Counted from the stretch's first letter, positions 43,725 through 53,394 are shown. The stretch is DNA of 64,000 nt from an uncultured Rikenellaceae bacterium (GCA_944325305.1 CALUZO010000016.1:18856-82855); one strand, 5' to 3'. Made by a program: numbers and translations. Notes: generated by a model from the sequence alone, not told the origin.

Positions 43725-44963
43725 ATGAAAAAAATCCTGCTGGCTTTTGCCGCTATATCAATAATAACTCTCTCGATAACATCATGTGCGGAAGAACATG
43801 AAGATAACATCTATGATGTTGAACAGAAATTGTTGGACGCATGGATGAATGAACACGAAATGAATGTCGGACCTGACGAAGAACAACCAATCCGATACAG
43901 CAACGGAATATACATAAAATGGCTCAAACGTGAACCGCTCGGCGCAAAACCTGCATACGGCAACTGGCTGAAACTGAATTATACCGGAATGTCTCTGGAC
44001 GGCAAAGTCTTCAAAAACAGAAGCAAGGAGGTGGCTATCGCAGAAAACCAATTCTCGGAAAAAACCAATTACGTCCCGGCATACATAAACTACTACGAAA
44101 GCAACGGACTCACTGAAGGCGAAAATTTCGCTATCGGCCAAATGAGGGAAGGCGAAAAAGTCATCGCATACATCCCTTCAAAACTCGCATTCGACGGTCA
44201 GACTGAAACATTCTCGAACGGCTACGGAGGACATTACTCGATAACCGCGCAAACAGGACCCGTGAAAATCGAAATAGAACTCGTGGATGTCGTCGAAAAT
44301 GCCTCGATCAGAGAAAAAGAACTCATCGTTAAATGCCTAAAGGCAAACGGATTGACCGATGCATCTATCGATGATGGAGGCGACATGGTGAGAGAAGGGC
44401 TATACGCAAAGGTCCTCACACAACATAAAGACACGCCAGAAGCAGAATGGAACAAAGAAGACCTCGAAAAATGGGGAGCTTACACTAAAGTCGATAAAGA
44501 CGACGAACTGTATATATATCGCGACGTATATGTAATACAAGAGGAAAAAGGAAACGCAGATGGACAAGGAAACCCTGGCGACGATCAACCTAAACAGGTC
44601 GACGGAGAATTCGGATTATTCCTCGTAAGCACAGACAGAATTGAACTCGCAATAGACAAATGGAACGACTTCACACCATACACTCCCGTATTCGTCAGAC
44701 CTTCGATATCTTCGGAAACCGTGGTTTTCGCCATAAGGGAAGCATTACAGAAACTGGACGTAAACTACATGTCTTCGCTATTGATAGTAACAACATCCGA
44801 ATTCACTTACGGCCAAAACGGATACGACCAAGGAACTGAACCTTATGGCGTTATACAGCCATATACACCGCTACTAATAAAAGTCTATGTCGAAAGAAAG
44901 ACTTATGAATCGGGAACACAACAGCTCGCAGATGAAACAGGAGGGTTCGGAACGCCAAAATAG
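43725..44963 (+). CDS. Lipoprotein with N-terminal FKBP-like domain and unknown C-terminal domain
   Basis: Lipobox ITSCA. FKBP-like segments LKLNYTGMSLDGKVF and AIGQMREGEKVIAYIPSKLAFDG. Confidence 0.6.
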   Translation: MKKILLAFAAISIITLSITSCAEEHEDNIYDVEQKLLDAWMNEHEMNVGPDEEQPIRYSNGIYIKWLKREPLGAKPAYGNWLKLNYTGMSLDGKVFKNRSKEVAIAENQFSEKTNYVPAYINYYESNGLTEGENFAIGQMREGEKVIAYIPSKLAFDGQTETFSNGYGGHYSITAQTGPVKIEIELVDVVENASIREKELIVKCLKANGLTDASIDDGGDMVREGLYAKVLTQHKDTPEAEWNKEDLEKWGAYTKVDKDDELYIYRDVYVIQEEKGNADGQGNPGDDQPKQVDGEFGLFLVSTDRIELAIDKWNDFTPYTPVFVRPSISSETVVFAIREALQKLDVNYMSSLLIVTTSEFTYGQNGYDQGTEPYGVIQPYTPLLIKVYVERKTYESGTQQLADETGGFGTPK

Positions 44964-44982
44964 CAACATGTCCTATTACATA

Positions 44983-45027
44983 TTTTAAACGTCAGGAGGG
45001 TTTAAAAAGCCCTCCTGACGTTTAAAA
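44983..45027 (+). terminator. Intrinsic terminator after the FKBP gene pair
   Basis: Perfect 18-bp stem TTTTAAACGTCAGGAGGG / CCCTCCTGACGTTTAAAA with a 9-nt loop. Confidence 0.75.
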
Positions 45028-45322
45028 TACAACACAACTCGGAATGCTAATTGGGTAAACGTTCGTAAAAAACAATTACACACGAACGCAATTTCTGATT
45101 CACTATCTGTGAAGAATACTCAACCTGGCGGACAATCCAACCATCTCCATTCATCCGCTTGATATCCTGATTTACAACATCGTCTTCGTAATTATGATAT
45201 GTCCTAATAATCTGTTCCATAAGACATAAATATAAAAATACACCTACAGCCTAAAACAAATACGGTGCCACGTAAAAAAACGGCCCTCTGCAGGACCGCC
45301 TGATATGACCGGAACAACAATA

Positions 45323-46996
45323 TCAATACTTGAAACTGCTACCTCCGATAAACTCACGCAGAATAGAGGTTGGCGGGATCTCGTCCGGAGATATCGGAAT
45401 AAAGCTCTCCAGAAACTTCAGCAGACGCTGAGCTTCGCCATATTCAGGGACTATGTCGGGAACCTCGTGAAGCATCGGCTCAACATAAGGCTTCAGAACC
45501 GATATTTCATAAAAAAGCGATGAGTTGAACATAACGTCCGAATTCTCCTGATAAGGAAAAATATGCTTATCTTCTCCGGCCCGTACGCTCGGCCAGCGCT
45601 TCAACGTGGCCGTAGCATCTGCCCCTCGAGTATTGTAATCACGAACGATACGACGCAACAACCGATTGTCGGTGGTCGAAATCCGCGCAAGGTTATCAAG
45701 TGAAATAGAGGTCAGTGCCGATATGTAGATCTTGAATATCAGCCTGTCGTCGAGATCCTTGGTCAATTCCGGATTCAACCCGTGTATGCCCTCGATGACC
45801 AGCACTGAGCGTTCGTCGAGTTGCAAAGGTTTTTCATGGTACTCGCGTTTACCCGTAATGAAATCATAGCGGGGAACATCGACCGTACCTCCTTGGAACA
45901 GCGTAGACAAATTGTCATTAAAAGTATCGAGGTCGAGGGCATAAAGCGACTCGTAATCATACTCCCCATTTTGATCGAGAGGCGTCTTATCCCTATCGAC
46001 AAAATAATCATCGAGAGAGATCAAAACCGGCTTCAATCCGAAAATACGCAACTGTATACCCAACCTCTTGGCAAACGTTGTCTTCCCGCTCGAAGAGGGC
46101 CCTGAAATCAGCACCAGCTTAACTCCTCGCTTCGAGTGTTCCTTAAGAATCATATCTGCTATACTCGCCAGTTTCTTCTCGTGGAAAGCTTCGGCTATCT
46201 TTATGAGTTCGCTGCTATTCCCGTCCAATATTTTACGGTTTAGCAAACCTATATTGGAGACATCTATGATATCTACCCAGTTCTTGTATTCGTTAAATAC
46301 GTCGAACATCTTGTCCTGATGTACCATAGACTCCAATTCGCTCGGATTCGTGCGTTTGGGTATAGCTATATATATGCCGTTGAAATAGCGACGCAAATCG
46401 AACAGGTGAATGTAGCCCGTAGACACGGCCATAGCCCCAAACATATAGCCTACCATATCGGCAAGATGATAAACGGTTGAATACAGATGCGGACATGACT
46501 CGAGCAAGGCAATCTTATCGACAAAACCCATGCGAGAGTAAAGCTGCATAGCTTCCGTGGCGAGTACACGCTCCCGTACAATCGGAATGTCCTGCCTTAT
46601 CAATACATCCATGCGATCCTTTAGAGCATCAACATCTTCGTCTGTAAACTTTTCTATCCCTTCTACCTCGGCATAAAATCCTTTGGATACTGCATGTTTG
46701 ATCTTTAGCGTCTTCCCTGGAAAAATATCGTGAACAGCCTTGTTCAAAGTAAAAAACAGTGTGCGCTGGTAAACACGCATCCCCTCGAAATGGGTTATGT
46801 CGATATAACGTATCGAGACCGGTTCATAAATATTATATGTCAGTTCCTTGAGCTTATTGTTAACATAAGCAGCGAGATATGGATTATCGTTCTTCAACGA
46901 AAGTATACTGAGTACGTCCAGCAACGATGTGCCTTTAGCGACGTGCATCACCGAATCGTTATTCTCACATATTATTTTGACCGTATTCGCAGACAT
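45323..46996 (-). CDS. Nucleoside (uridine/cytidine-type) kinase with N-terminal TGS/ThrRS-like extension
   Basis: P-loop ISGPSSSGKTTFAKRL in the C-terminal PRK/uridine-kinase-like domain. The about 280-aa N-terminal region resembles the TGS plus second-additional-domain fusion seen in Bacteroidota 'nucleoside kinase' genes. Confidence 0.75.
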   Translation of the reverse strand: MSANTVKIICENNDSVMHVAKGTSLLDVLSILSLKNDNPYLAAYVNNKLKELTYNIYEPVSIRYIDITHFEGMRVYQRTLFFTLNKAVHDIFPGKTLKIKHAVSKGFYAEVEGIEKFTDEDVDALKDRMDVLIRQDIPIVRERVLATEAMQLYSRMGFVDKIALLESCPHLYSTVYHLADMVGYMFGAMAVSTGYIHLFDLRRYFNGIYIAIPKRTNPSELESMVHQDKMFDVFNEYKNWVDIIDVSNIGLLNRKILDGNSSELIKIAEAFHEKKLASIADMILKEHSKRGVKLVLISGPSSSGKTTFAKRLGIQLRIFGLKPVLISLDDYFVDRDKTPLDQNGEYDYESLYALDLDTFNDNLSTLFQGGTVDVPRYDFITGKREYHEKPLQLDERSVLVIEGIHGLNPELTKDLDDRLIFKIYISALTSISLDNLARISTTDNRLLRRIVRDYNTRGADATATLKRWPSVRAGEDKHIFPYQENSDVMFNSSLFYEISVLKPYVEPMLHEVPDIVPEYGEAQRLLKFLESFIPISPDEIPPTSILREFIGGSSFKY

Positions 46997-47324
46997 CTGA
47001 AAAAAATTATGGGTTTAATATAATGTAAAAATAAAAAATAAAAGCCATTTGTCATCCAATTATAGCACTAATACAGACTTTAAGTCCAAACAAAAAAAGC
47101 TGAAAGAGTGCACTTTCTATATTTTTCAGACGTGTGCAGTATTATACACGGATTAATAAACAAAATATTATTTAACATTTAAACATCATATTAAGTCCTT
47201 TTTATAGTGCAATCAGCCACACGCAAAACGGAAAAACAAGAGCAATTATCAACATATAATACTAATTATCAAATACTTACATCACCAGAAAATTATACAT
47301 TTCCTGATTAAAAAATCAATGCTC

Positions 47325-47355
47325 TTGACATTCGATCAGTGTGATACTATATTTG
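47325..47355 (+). promoter_or_regulatory. Candidate promoter for the phage-like operon
   Basis: TTGACA (47325-47330), a 17-nt spacer, then TATATTTG (47348-47355). The latter also matches the Bacteroides -7 consensus TAnnTTTG. Lies about 200 nt upstream of the first ORF. Confidence 0.35.
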
Positions 47356-47550
47356 CCGAAGTGGGTAAATAGGGGTGGAGGTCCTTCTGCCCAGGCGTAG
47401 ATAGTGCCATAATTTCCGGAGATTATCAAAATGCTTCCAACACATTTTGTATTAACAGCAGGATGTCGACAAATTGTTTACAACCATGTAACATTCTGCG
47501 GCAGGCCCGAAAATCAGTACGTATTTAAGGCCGTATAAACCGGATTAATT

Positions 47551-47808
47551 ATGAAAAACAAGAGCGCAGCCGGCACCGGTATCACATGTGCCGAGACTCA
47601 AAAAAAGGTAGCCTCGAAAAGACAGAAAAACCTACTAATCGAACTCGAACAAGCAGAGGCTAACGTATCGAACCTATTCCAACAAACACTCGACGCAGTC
47701 GACAACCTCGCAAGAATCAGACTGAAATGCAAACTTTCCAATTCTCGCGTAGTCGGCGTTTACAGAGAATTAAAAGAACTGGGAAAAGTAATGTCTCTAT
47801 ACAAATAA
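47551..47808 (+). CDS. Hypothetical small protein (basic N-terminus, predicted coiled coil)
   Basis: 85-aa ORF with an ATG start, first in the island. No recognisable motif. Confidence 0.45.
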   Translation: MKNKSAAGTGITCAETQKKVASKRQKNLLIELEQAEANVSNLFQQTLDAVDNLARIRLKCKLSNSRVVGVYRELKELGKVMSLYK

Positions 47809-47825
47809 CCATATAAGCTCGGTTA

Positions 47826-47858
47826 TCAACATCAAATCAACATCAAATCAACAAAATT
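47826..47858. repeat. Tandem 11-bp repeat TCAACATCAAA, 2 perfect copies plus a partial third
   Basis: TCAACATCAAA TCAACATCAAA TCAACAAAATT, in the 142-bp gap between the first two island ORFs. Confidence 0.8.
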
Positions 47859-47950
47859 ATCAATAACGCACACAACAGCTTAACAGGCTGTTAAACGCAA
47901 GTTTACTAACCTTTCGAGCCAAACTGCTCTGAAATCAAAACCAATCAACA

Positions 47951-48370
47951 ATGCACAGAAATAACTTGACAGAGGCCGTCGCAGAGGCGGCCCAGGCTTG
48001 CGAACTATGCTTCCATAACGGATTCGAATACCAAATAAACGAAGCATTGCAAGAGACTCCCGCCTTGTGGCTATCATATCTCGAAGCCACCAAACATAAT
48101 GGCGTTAACGAAGGCGTCAGAACATACACCGCAAAAATGTTCATTATAGACATACCTCAAAAAAACATCGCAGAAAACCCGGAATCAACTTGGCTCCAAA
48201 TGGAGAAAAACGCCGCAAAAATATGCAGCCTGATAGCCGAAGCCGAATGTGTCAAAAACATATCAGATGTCGAATTCTCCGCAACAAAAAACAGCATCAC
48301 AAACCGAGGGGAAATTGCCATGCAGATAAAAATGAATATACATGTCCCATACATAAATCCTAAAAACTGA
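47951..48370 (+). CDS. Hypothetical phage-like protein (possible head-tail joining/completion protein)
   Basis: 139-aa ORF whose stop lies 4 nt before the next start. No family recognised. The role is guessed from context only. Confidence 0.5.
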   Translation: MHRNNLTEAVAEAAQACELCFHNGFEYQINEALQETPALWLSYLEATKHNGVNEGVRTYTAKMFIIDIPQKNIAENPESTWLQMEKNAAKICSLIAEAECVKNISDVEFSATKNSITNRGEIAMQIKMNIHVPYINPKN

Positions 48371-48374
48371 CACG

Positions 48375-49373
48375 ATGAACATAAAATCAATCCCTGAAAA
48401 CTATACGGGAGCATTGGCTCCTGTCGTCTTCCAGATATGGCAGGCAGATCCCGAAAATGCAATCACTGTACAGATAATTACCGGTCAGGAAGAACATATT
48501 GCCGGTGAAAAAATACTCTCAGGAGAAGACTCATACAGCGTAAACGTAGCAAACTATTGCAAAGGAGAAATAAATATCGAACCAATTACCGGCGAATGGT
48601 CAGTAATCGGAAACGCCATGCAAAGATGCTGCCCGGTCAGCATAAAGAGCGGAGAAACATCATCAACGAAAATTTACGTCACAGGGGGCCAAAAAGTTTG
48701 TCCGACAAAAAAAATACTATCAGATTCTCCGTCGAAACATCGCATATCGCCCGGCGATAAAGACGAAATAGCCATAATCGCTCCGGAAACCTCAATCTCG
48801 GTCAAGGCAAAACTCAACAACATATCGGATATGGCTGAAATCGAACTTGCCAACACCACTTGCAGTAACGGAGTATATGTAGTCTCGATCGATACGGAAC
48901 ACATAGAAACACTCCTCGAAAAGCCATTATGCGAATTCACGGAAATGACAGTGGAAATAAAAGAAGCTGATAACGTCCTGGCTAAAAGAGAATATCGAAT
49001 CGTTCCGACAACCAGTGATGCGGTAAGACTATGCTGGCAAAATCCGTACGGACAGATAGATTACCACACCTTCAATCTGGTTGAAGAAAAATTCAATGTC
49101 AGTAAAAACAAAATATATTTAAGCTCAGGTTACACAACAATTGGATTGACACAGGAAGTAGTAACTAGAGTCGTATCGGAATGCGAACCAAGCAAAACAG
49201 TCAAATGGCTCACAGAAATAATGTCGGCACCGCAAGTTTGGCTGGTCGCACAAGAGAAAATAGTAAAAATAGACATCCTCACCGACAACACATCATTCAG
49301 CAACACCCAACCGGGCAACATTAACCTCTCGTTCCGTAATGCCGCAGGCGGAAGAAATTTCATAAAAGCATAA
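48375..49373 (+). CDS. Hypothetical phage structural protein (tail/adaptor candidate)
   Basis: 332 aa, beta-rich. The C-terminal pattern RLCWQNPYGQIDYHTF...KWLTEIMSAPQVWLV resembles tail/baseplate proteins of Bacteroidota phages, from memory only. No nucleotide-binding motif. Confidence 0.55.
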   Translation: MNIKSIPENYTGALAPVVFQIWQADPENAITVQIITGQEEHIAGEKILSGEDSYSVNVANYCKGEINIEPITGEWSVIGNAMQRCCPVSIKSGETSSTKIYVTGGQKVCPTKKILSDSPSKHRISPGDKDEIAIIAPETSISVKAKLNNISDMAEIELANTTCSNGVYVVSIDTEHIETLLEKPLCEFTEMTVEIKEADNVLAKREYRIVPTTSDAVRLCWQNPYGQIDYHTFNLVEEKFNVSKNKIYLSSGYTTIGLTQEVVTRVVSECEPSKTVKWLTEIMSAPQVWLVAQEKIVKIDILTDNTSFSNTQPGNINLSFRNAAGGRNFIKA

Positions 49374-49375
49374 TA

Positions 49376-51850
49376 ATGAAACTATTTATAAACGAGATAG
49401 AAGCGGATATAAGTATCACTTCGCCAATAAAAATAACATTATGCATATCGGAAATAACCGACCCTGAAAAAGGACGTACAGGTTATTCATTACCATTCGT
49501 AATTCCGGCAACAGCAATAAACAGAAATATATTGGGACACTGTGCCGAACCAACTTCAACCGAAACGTTCAATCAAAAGCAATACTCCGCACGAATAGAA
49601 CAAAACGGATCTGTCATTATAAACGGCGAACTATATGTAATGTCATATACGGAATACAGCGATGGCAGCGGCGAATATTCCGTCGCAATCATTGGCCCAG
49701 GAAAAGAATGGGTCAGAAAAGCTGCTGCAACCCCGTTCCGTGAAATTGAAATAGATTTCGAAGAAACGATAACTCCAACAATGATTGGACAAAGCTGGAC
49801 GTGGAACAAACCAGTACGGTTCCTGCCGGTAGAAAGAGATTCGTTCGCCGTGGAAAACAACAACTCTCACCTGTTCCCTCCAGTCAAAATCCTGTCATTC
49901 GAGGATTACCATCCTTTCCTGCACGTACGTACAATATTCGAAGCAATCTTCGCAGCAGCAGGATACGGCATCCAATCAGAATTCATGAACAGCTCGATGT
50001 TCAATTCTCTGTATATGAGCGGAAATTATCCCCGCAAAAGCATTGACGGCGACAAATCCAAAATGGATTTCTTAGCCGGCAGGTTCACAGACGCTACAGC
50101 AACCGCAAACTCAAGCGGCAAAGTCTATGCCGACCCGATAACAAACCTCAACACGATAGGAAACATAGTGCAAACCGCAAATCCAAGAGAAGAAAACAAC
50201 GGAATTGTGCTGGAAAACGTATTCGCAAAAAACGATTGCTTCACAAAAATAGGCGACAGAATCGCTTTTGTCCCTACAAATAGCGTAGTCGTAGGTTTCG
50301 AGTTCAAAATACACTATACGGCCGATTACCATATGATCAGCAGAGACGAACTCAAAACATTCAACGAACTTTATCTCTGGTCGGGACAATCGAGAAACTA
50401 CAAAGTAATGAATACAAACAAGGATCGTCGCGAAGAATTCACAACCGGAAAAACTTTTATGGTTATCGTTTTCGACCACACCGATGGCGACTCTTACCAG
50501 TTCCGATACGACGAACTACTGAACGACCAGGTCGATCCCGAAAATCCCGGAGAAGGAGAAGTAACCACACGCACTTTCACATCTTTCAGCACACGTACAA
50601 AAAGCATAACTATCACCGGATCAAAACCAGTGACAAATCCACAAATATGGATCAAAACACAGGAAAGTTCATCATATGTCTTATGCGAAAAAGATTGGGC
50701 ACTATATGACGGCCATGTCACGGAAAACGGTGAAATCGAAGTGGAAATAACAGTGAGAAGCTCCCCGGAACGAATAATCCCATCCGACCCAAAATACTTC
50801 GACCAAATATATTTCGGCGGTGCAGATCCCGGAATGAAATTCACTCTCGGGAAAAGCACTACCATACGCCCACTATTCGCAGGCTATCCATGCGAAGGCT
50901 CGACAGTAAAATTCGAAGACGTGGCAGCACATGAAACATCGGCACTGGACTTTGTGAACGCAATCAGGCATATGTTCAACCTGACATTCGTAACCGATAA
51001 TCTCAAAAAAAAGGTTTATGTTGAACCACAAAAAGACTTCTATTGTCCAGAACCGATAATTGACTGGAGCAACAGAATAGATCTCTCAAAACCAATATGC
51101 GTGGGAGAACCCGGCGACGGTCTGTCTCAAATATATACCATGCGTTATCAAAGCGGAGACGGCGCCGTCTCCAGATGGAACAGACAGAACAGCGAACGAT
51201 TCGGAAGCTACAGCTGGAATATTCAGAGCAGATTCGCTAAAGATGGCGAAAGTGTATTCGAAAACCCTCTATTTACAGCATCTCTCAGCGTGGCAGGCAA
51301 TTTCCCCGATGCCCCTGCAGCAATTCTAACACAAGCAGGAGACAGAGAAACTGATATTACTCAGGATGTAGAAGAACTCAACTTCCCACCGAAAATAGTC
51401 AGATATCTCGGAATGGCAGAACTGCCAACATCACAAAAATGGGGATGGCCATCTTATGGAACAAACTATCCCTTCCTCGCATTCCACCACGATGGAGACA
51501 GCGCAGATATCACCGGAGTCGACAGCAACATCGACCAGAATGAACTACAAACAGATATGACAAACGGATTTTCGCTCTGTTTCGAAGACAGAGAATCTAC
51601 TACTGGCCTACACAAATTCTACGACAGAATATTCGAAACATATGACAACAGCAAAAAAGTCGAGGCCTACATCAATATCAAGCCTGAAGAAGTCGAATCA
51701 TTGCTTTGCCCGAACTCTCTCGGACGTGACTTCAGAGCACTCTACCGCCTCGTAATAGATGGCGAAAACGCCTTGTACAGACTTGAAGAATTATGCGATT
51801 ACAACCCGTCGGAACCGTCGGCTAAATGTGTATTTATTAAAGAATTATAA
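49376..51850 (+). CDS. Large hypothetical phage structural protein (tail tube-B/nozzle/fibre or receptor-binding candidate)
   Basis: 824 aa, starting 2 nt after the previous stop. Beta-rich, with no Walker A motif and not helical like a tape measure. Confidence 0.55.
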   Translation: MKLFINEIEADISITSPIKITLCISEITDPEKGRTGYSLPFVIPATAINRNILGHCAEPTSTETFNQKQYSARIEQNGSVIINGELYVMSYTEYSDGSGEYSVAIIGPGKEWVRKAAATPFREIEIDFEETITPTMIGQSWTWNKPVRFLPVERDSFAVENNNSHLFPPVKILSFEDYHPFLHVRTIFEAIFAAAGYGIQSEFMNSSMFNSLYMSGNYPRKSIDGDKSKMDFLAGRFTDATATANSSGKVYADPITNLNTIGNIVQTANPREENNGIVLENVFAKNDCFTKIGDRIAFVPTNSVVVGFEFKIHYTADYHMISRDELKTFNELYLWSGQSRNYKVMNTNKDRREEFTTGKTFMVIVFDHTDGDSYQFRYDELLNDQVDPENPGEGEVTTRTFTSFSTRTKSITITGSKPVTNPQIWIKTQESSSYVLCEKDWALYDGHVTENGEIEVEITVRSSPERIIPSDPKYFDQIYFGGADPGMKFTLGKSTTIRPLFAGYPCEGSTVKFEDVAAHETSALDFVNAIRHMFNLTFVTDNLKKKVYVEPQKDFYCPEPIIDWSNRIDLSKPICVGEPGDGLSQIYTMRYQSGDGAVSRWNRQNSERFGSYSWNIQSRFAKDGESVFENPLFTASLSVAGNFPDAPAAILTQAGDRETDITQDVEELNFPPKIVRYLGMAELPTSQKWGWPSYGTNYPFLAFHHDGDSADITGVDSNIDQNELQTDMTNGFSLCFEDRESTTGLHKFYDRIFETYDNSKKVEAYINIKPEEVESLLCPNSLGRDFRALYRLVIDGENALYRLEELCDYNPSEPSAKCVFIKEL

Positions 51851-51853
51851 ACT

Positions 51854-52012
51854 ATGGGAGATAATTATATCCAGGAAAACACAACATTAACCCAGGATGA
51901 AATAGAAAAAATCGTGCGTGAATACTTGGAAAAAAACATAACGGGCAATACTGCTAAAACCATAGAAGAACTTAGAATTATCGAAAAAATCATTGAACAG
52001 GCAACATTCTAA
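51854..52012 (+). CDS. Small hypothetical protein (52 aa, acidic, helical)
   Basis: Not in the ORF track because it is under 60 aa. The ATG lies 3 nt after the 824-aa gene's stop. Translation is MGDNYIQENTTLTQDEIEKIVREYLEKNITGNTAKTIEELRIIEKIIEQATF. The tight packing suggests a real gene. Confidence 0.4.
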   Translation: MGDNYIQENTTLTQDEIEKIVREYLEKNITGNTAKTIEELRIIEKIIEQATF

Positions 52013-52023
52013 ACCACAACAAA

Positions 52024-52293
52024 ATGACAATTTATGTGAAAGAACTGCTCCTTATGCTCGACAAAAAATACGGAGCATTATCTCCGGGAGAAATGGCGGA
52101 TAAACTGTTCGAAATTGGAGTGGTGGACCACACCTTATGCAAAGTACTGGCTGTAAGGGAATTCGTAGCCGCAAAAGTGAAAACCGGCGAAAAAAAAATC
52201 GACGCTATGTGGGCAGCCGCAGAACACTTTTGCTGTACATATGAATACATACGCAAATGTGTTTATTACTACACGGATGTAAATCTCGATTAA
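52024..52293 (+). CDS. Small putative DNA-binding protein (Mor/HTH-like C-terminus)
   Basis: 89 aa. The C-terminal KIDAMWAAAEHFCCTYEYIRKCVYYY resembles the HTH end of Mor-type phage late activators or small DNA-binding packaging proteins. This is a weak, pattern-only call. Confidence 0.4.
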   Translation: MTIYVKELLLMLDKKYGALSPGEMADKLFEIGVVDHTLCKVLAVREFVAAKVKTGEKKIDAMWAAAEHFCCTYEYIRKCVYYYTDVNLD

Positions 52294-52425
52294 TTCAAAA
52301 ATAAGATAAACTTTTTGCCCGCCCATCACAGTAATTTAGCGTCATAGACGTCGACAAGGTCCAAAAACAATATCCTCAAACTACAACCGGCAGGACCTAA
52401 TTCTCAAACAAATAACTCACACAAA

Positions 52426-53394
52426 ATGTCTGGAAAAATAACGATCTCGAATACGGCTGAAAATGTTGCCGTAATAGACATAGAAGGTATTATCGGAGTA
52501 CCCGAAAACCAACAATTCGACGAAACACCATACAGCGTCGCAACTTACGGAACCTTCAAAGAAGAAATAGCAAAAATCAAAAACAACACCAAACAGGAAA
52601 TTATAGTCAATATCCGTTCGACGGGCGGTAACGTCAACGATGCTCTGCTGATATACGACTTGCTGAAAGAACTCGACGCAAAAATAACCACAAAGTGTTT
52701 CGGTTATGTGGCATCCGCTGCAACTATCATAGCCCAAGCCGCATCGCCCGGAAACAGAGAAATATCGGCAAACTCGCTTTACCTTATACACAAGGCAGCA
52801 TGCAGCACCGAAGGAAATGCAAACACTATTGCTCAAACTATCGAAATGCTCGACAAAACCGATAAAAGAATCACCGCGATATACGCGGAACGCTCCGGAA
52901 AACGTGAAGCAGTGTTTGAAAAACTAATGGCGGAAAACAACGGCAACGGAAGATGGTTGTCGCCAGAAGAAGCTATCGAATACGGCCTGGCAGATAAAAT
53001 TGTCGCCGCCACACCAATTAATGCCGCTTCACGAAATATGGTCGTCGACCTGGGACTCCCTCCAATCCCCAAAAAACGAAAAAACATGATACGGGAAATA
53101 TCGGAAACATGGAACCGAATACTCCGATCTGCAGGTATCACACACGTCAATGACGACAATGCGCATAATAAAACAAACGATTCGAAAATCTTGGACGCCA
53201 ATATCCTCGAAAATGCAGCTCGTGAAGTACTGAACGCACGCGCCCAAAAAGAAAAACAAAAACTCGAAATCGAAACTGCAAGGGCTGCTGCCATGCCAAC
53301 ATCTACAAAACCAAAAGAAGACCCCGCAATACAAGAAGTACACCCCTCTGCTAACGAATACGCATATATGGAAGACCTGCGAGGATTTATCTAA
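52426..53394 (+). CDS. ClpP-like (S14) prohead protease with C-terminal scaffold-like extension
   Basis: ClpP-family core IVNIRSTGGNVNDALLIYDLLKELDAKITTKCFGYVASAATIIAQAAS...SLYLIHKA. The C-terminal about 120 aa are charged and helical (NARAQKEKQKLEIETARAAA). Confidence 0.75.
   Translation: MSGKITISNTAENVAVIDIEGIIGVPENQQFDETPYSVATYGTFKEEIAKIKNNTKQEIIVNIRSTGGNVNDALLIYDLLKELDAKITTKCFGYVASAATIIAQAASPGNREISANSLYLIHKAACSTEGNANTIAQTIEMLDKTDKRITAIYAERSGKREAVFEKLMAENNGNGRWLSPEEAIEYGLADKIVAATPINAASRNMVVDLGLPPIPKKRKNMIREISETWNRILRSAGITHVNDDNAHNKTNDSKILDANILENAAREVLNARAQKEKQKLEIETARAAAMPTSTKPKEDPAIQEVHPSANEYAYMEDLRGFI

Noticed and set aside
47431-47538. 35-aa ORF (MLPTHFVLTAGCRQIVYNHVTFCGRPENQYVFKAV) in the leader of the phage-like island.
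   Set aside because: It is too short, has no recognisable features and cannot be supported from sequence alone. It is mentioned only as a possible leader peptide.
47826-47858. Possibility that the short tandem repeats here and at 17161-17188 are CRISPR arrays.
   Set aside because: The units are 11-14 bp and directly adjacent, with no spacers, and no cas genes are present in the window.
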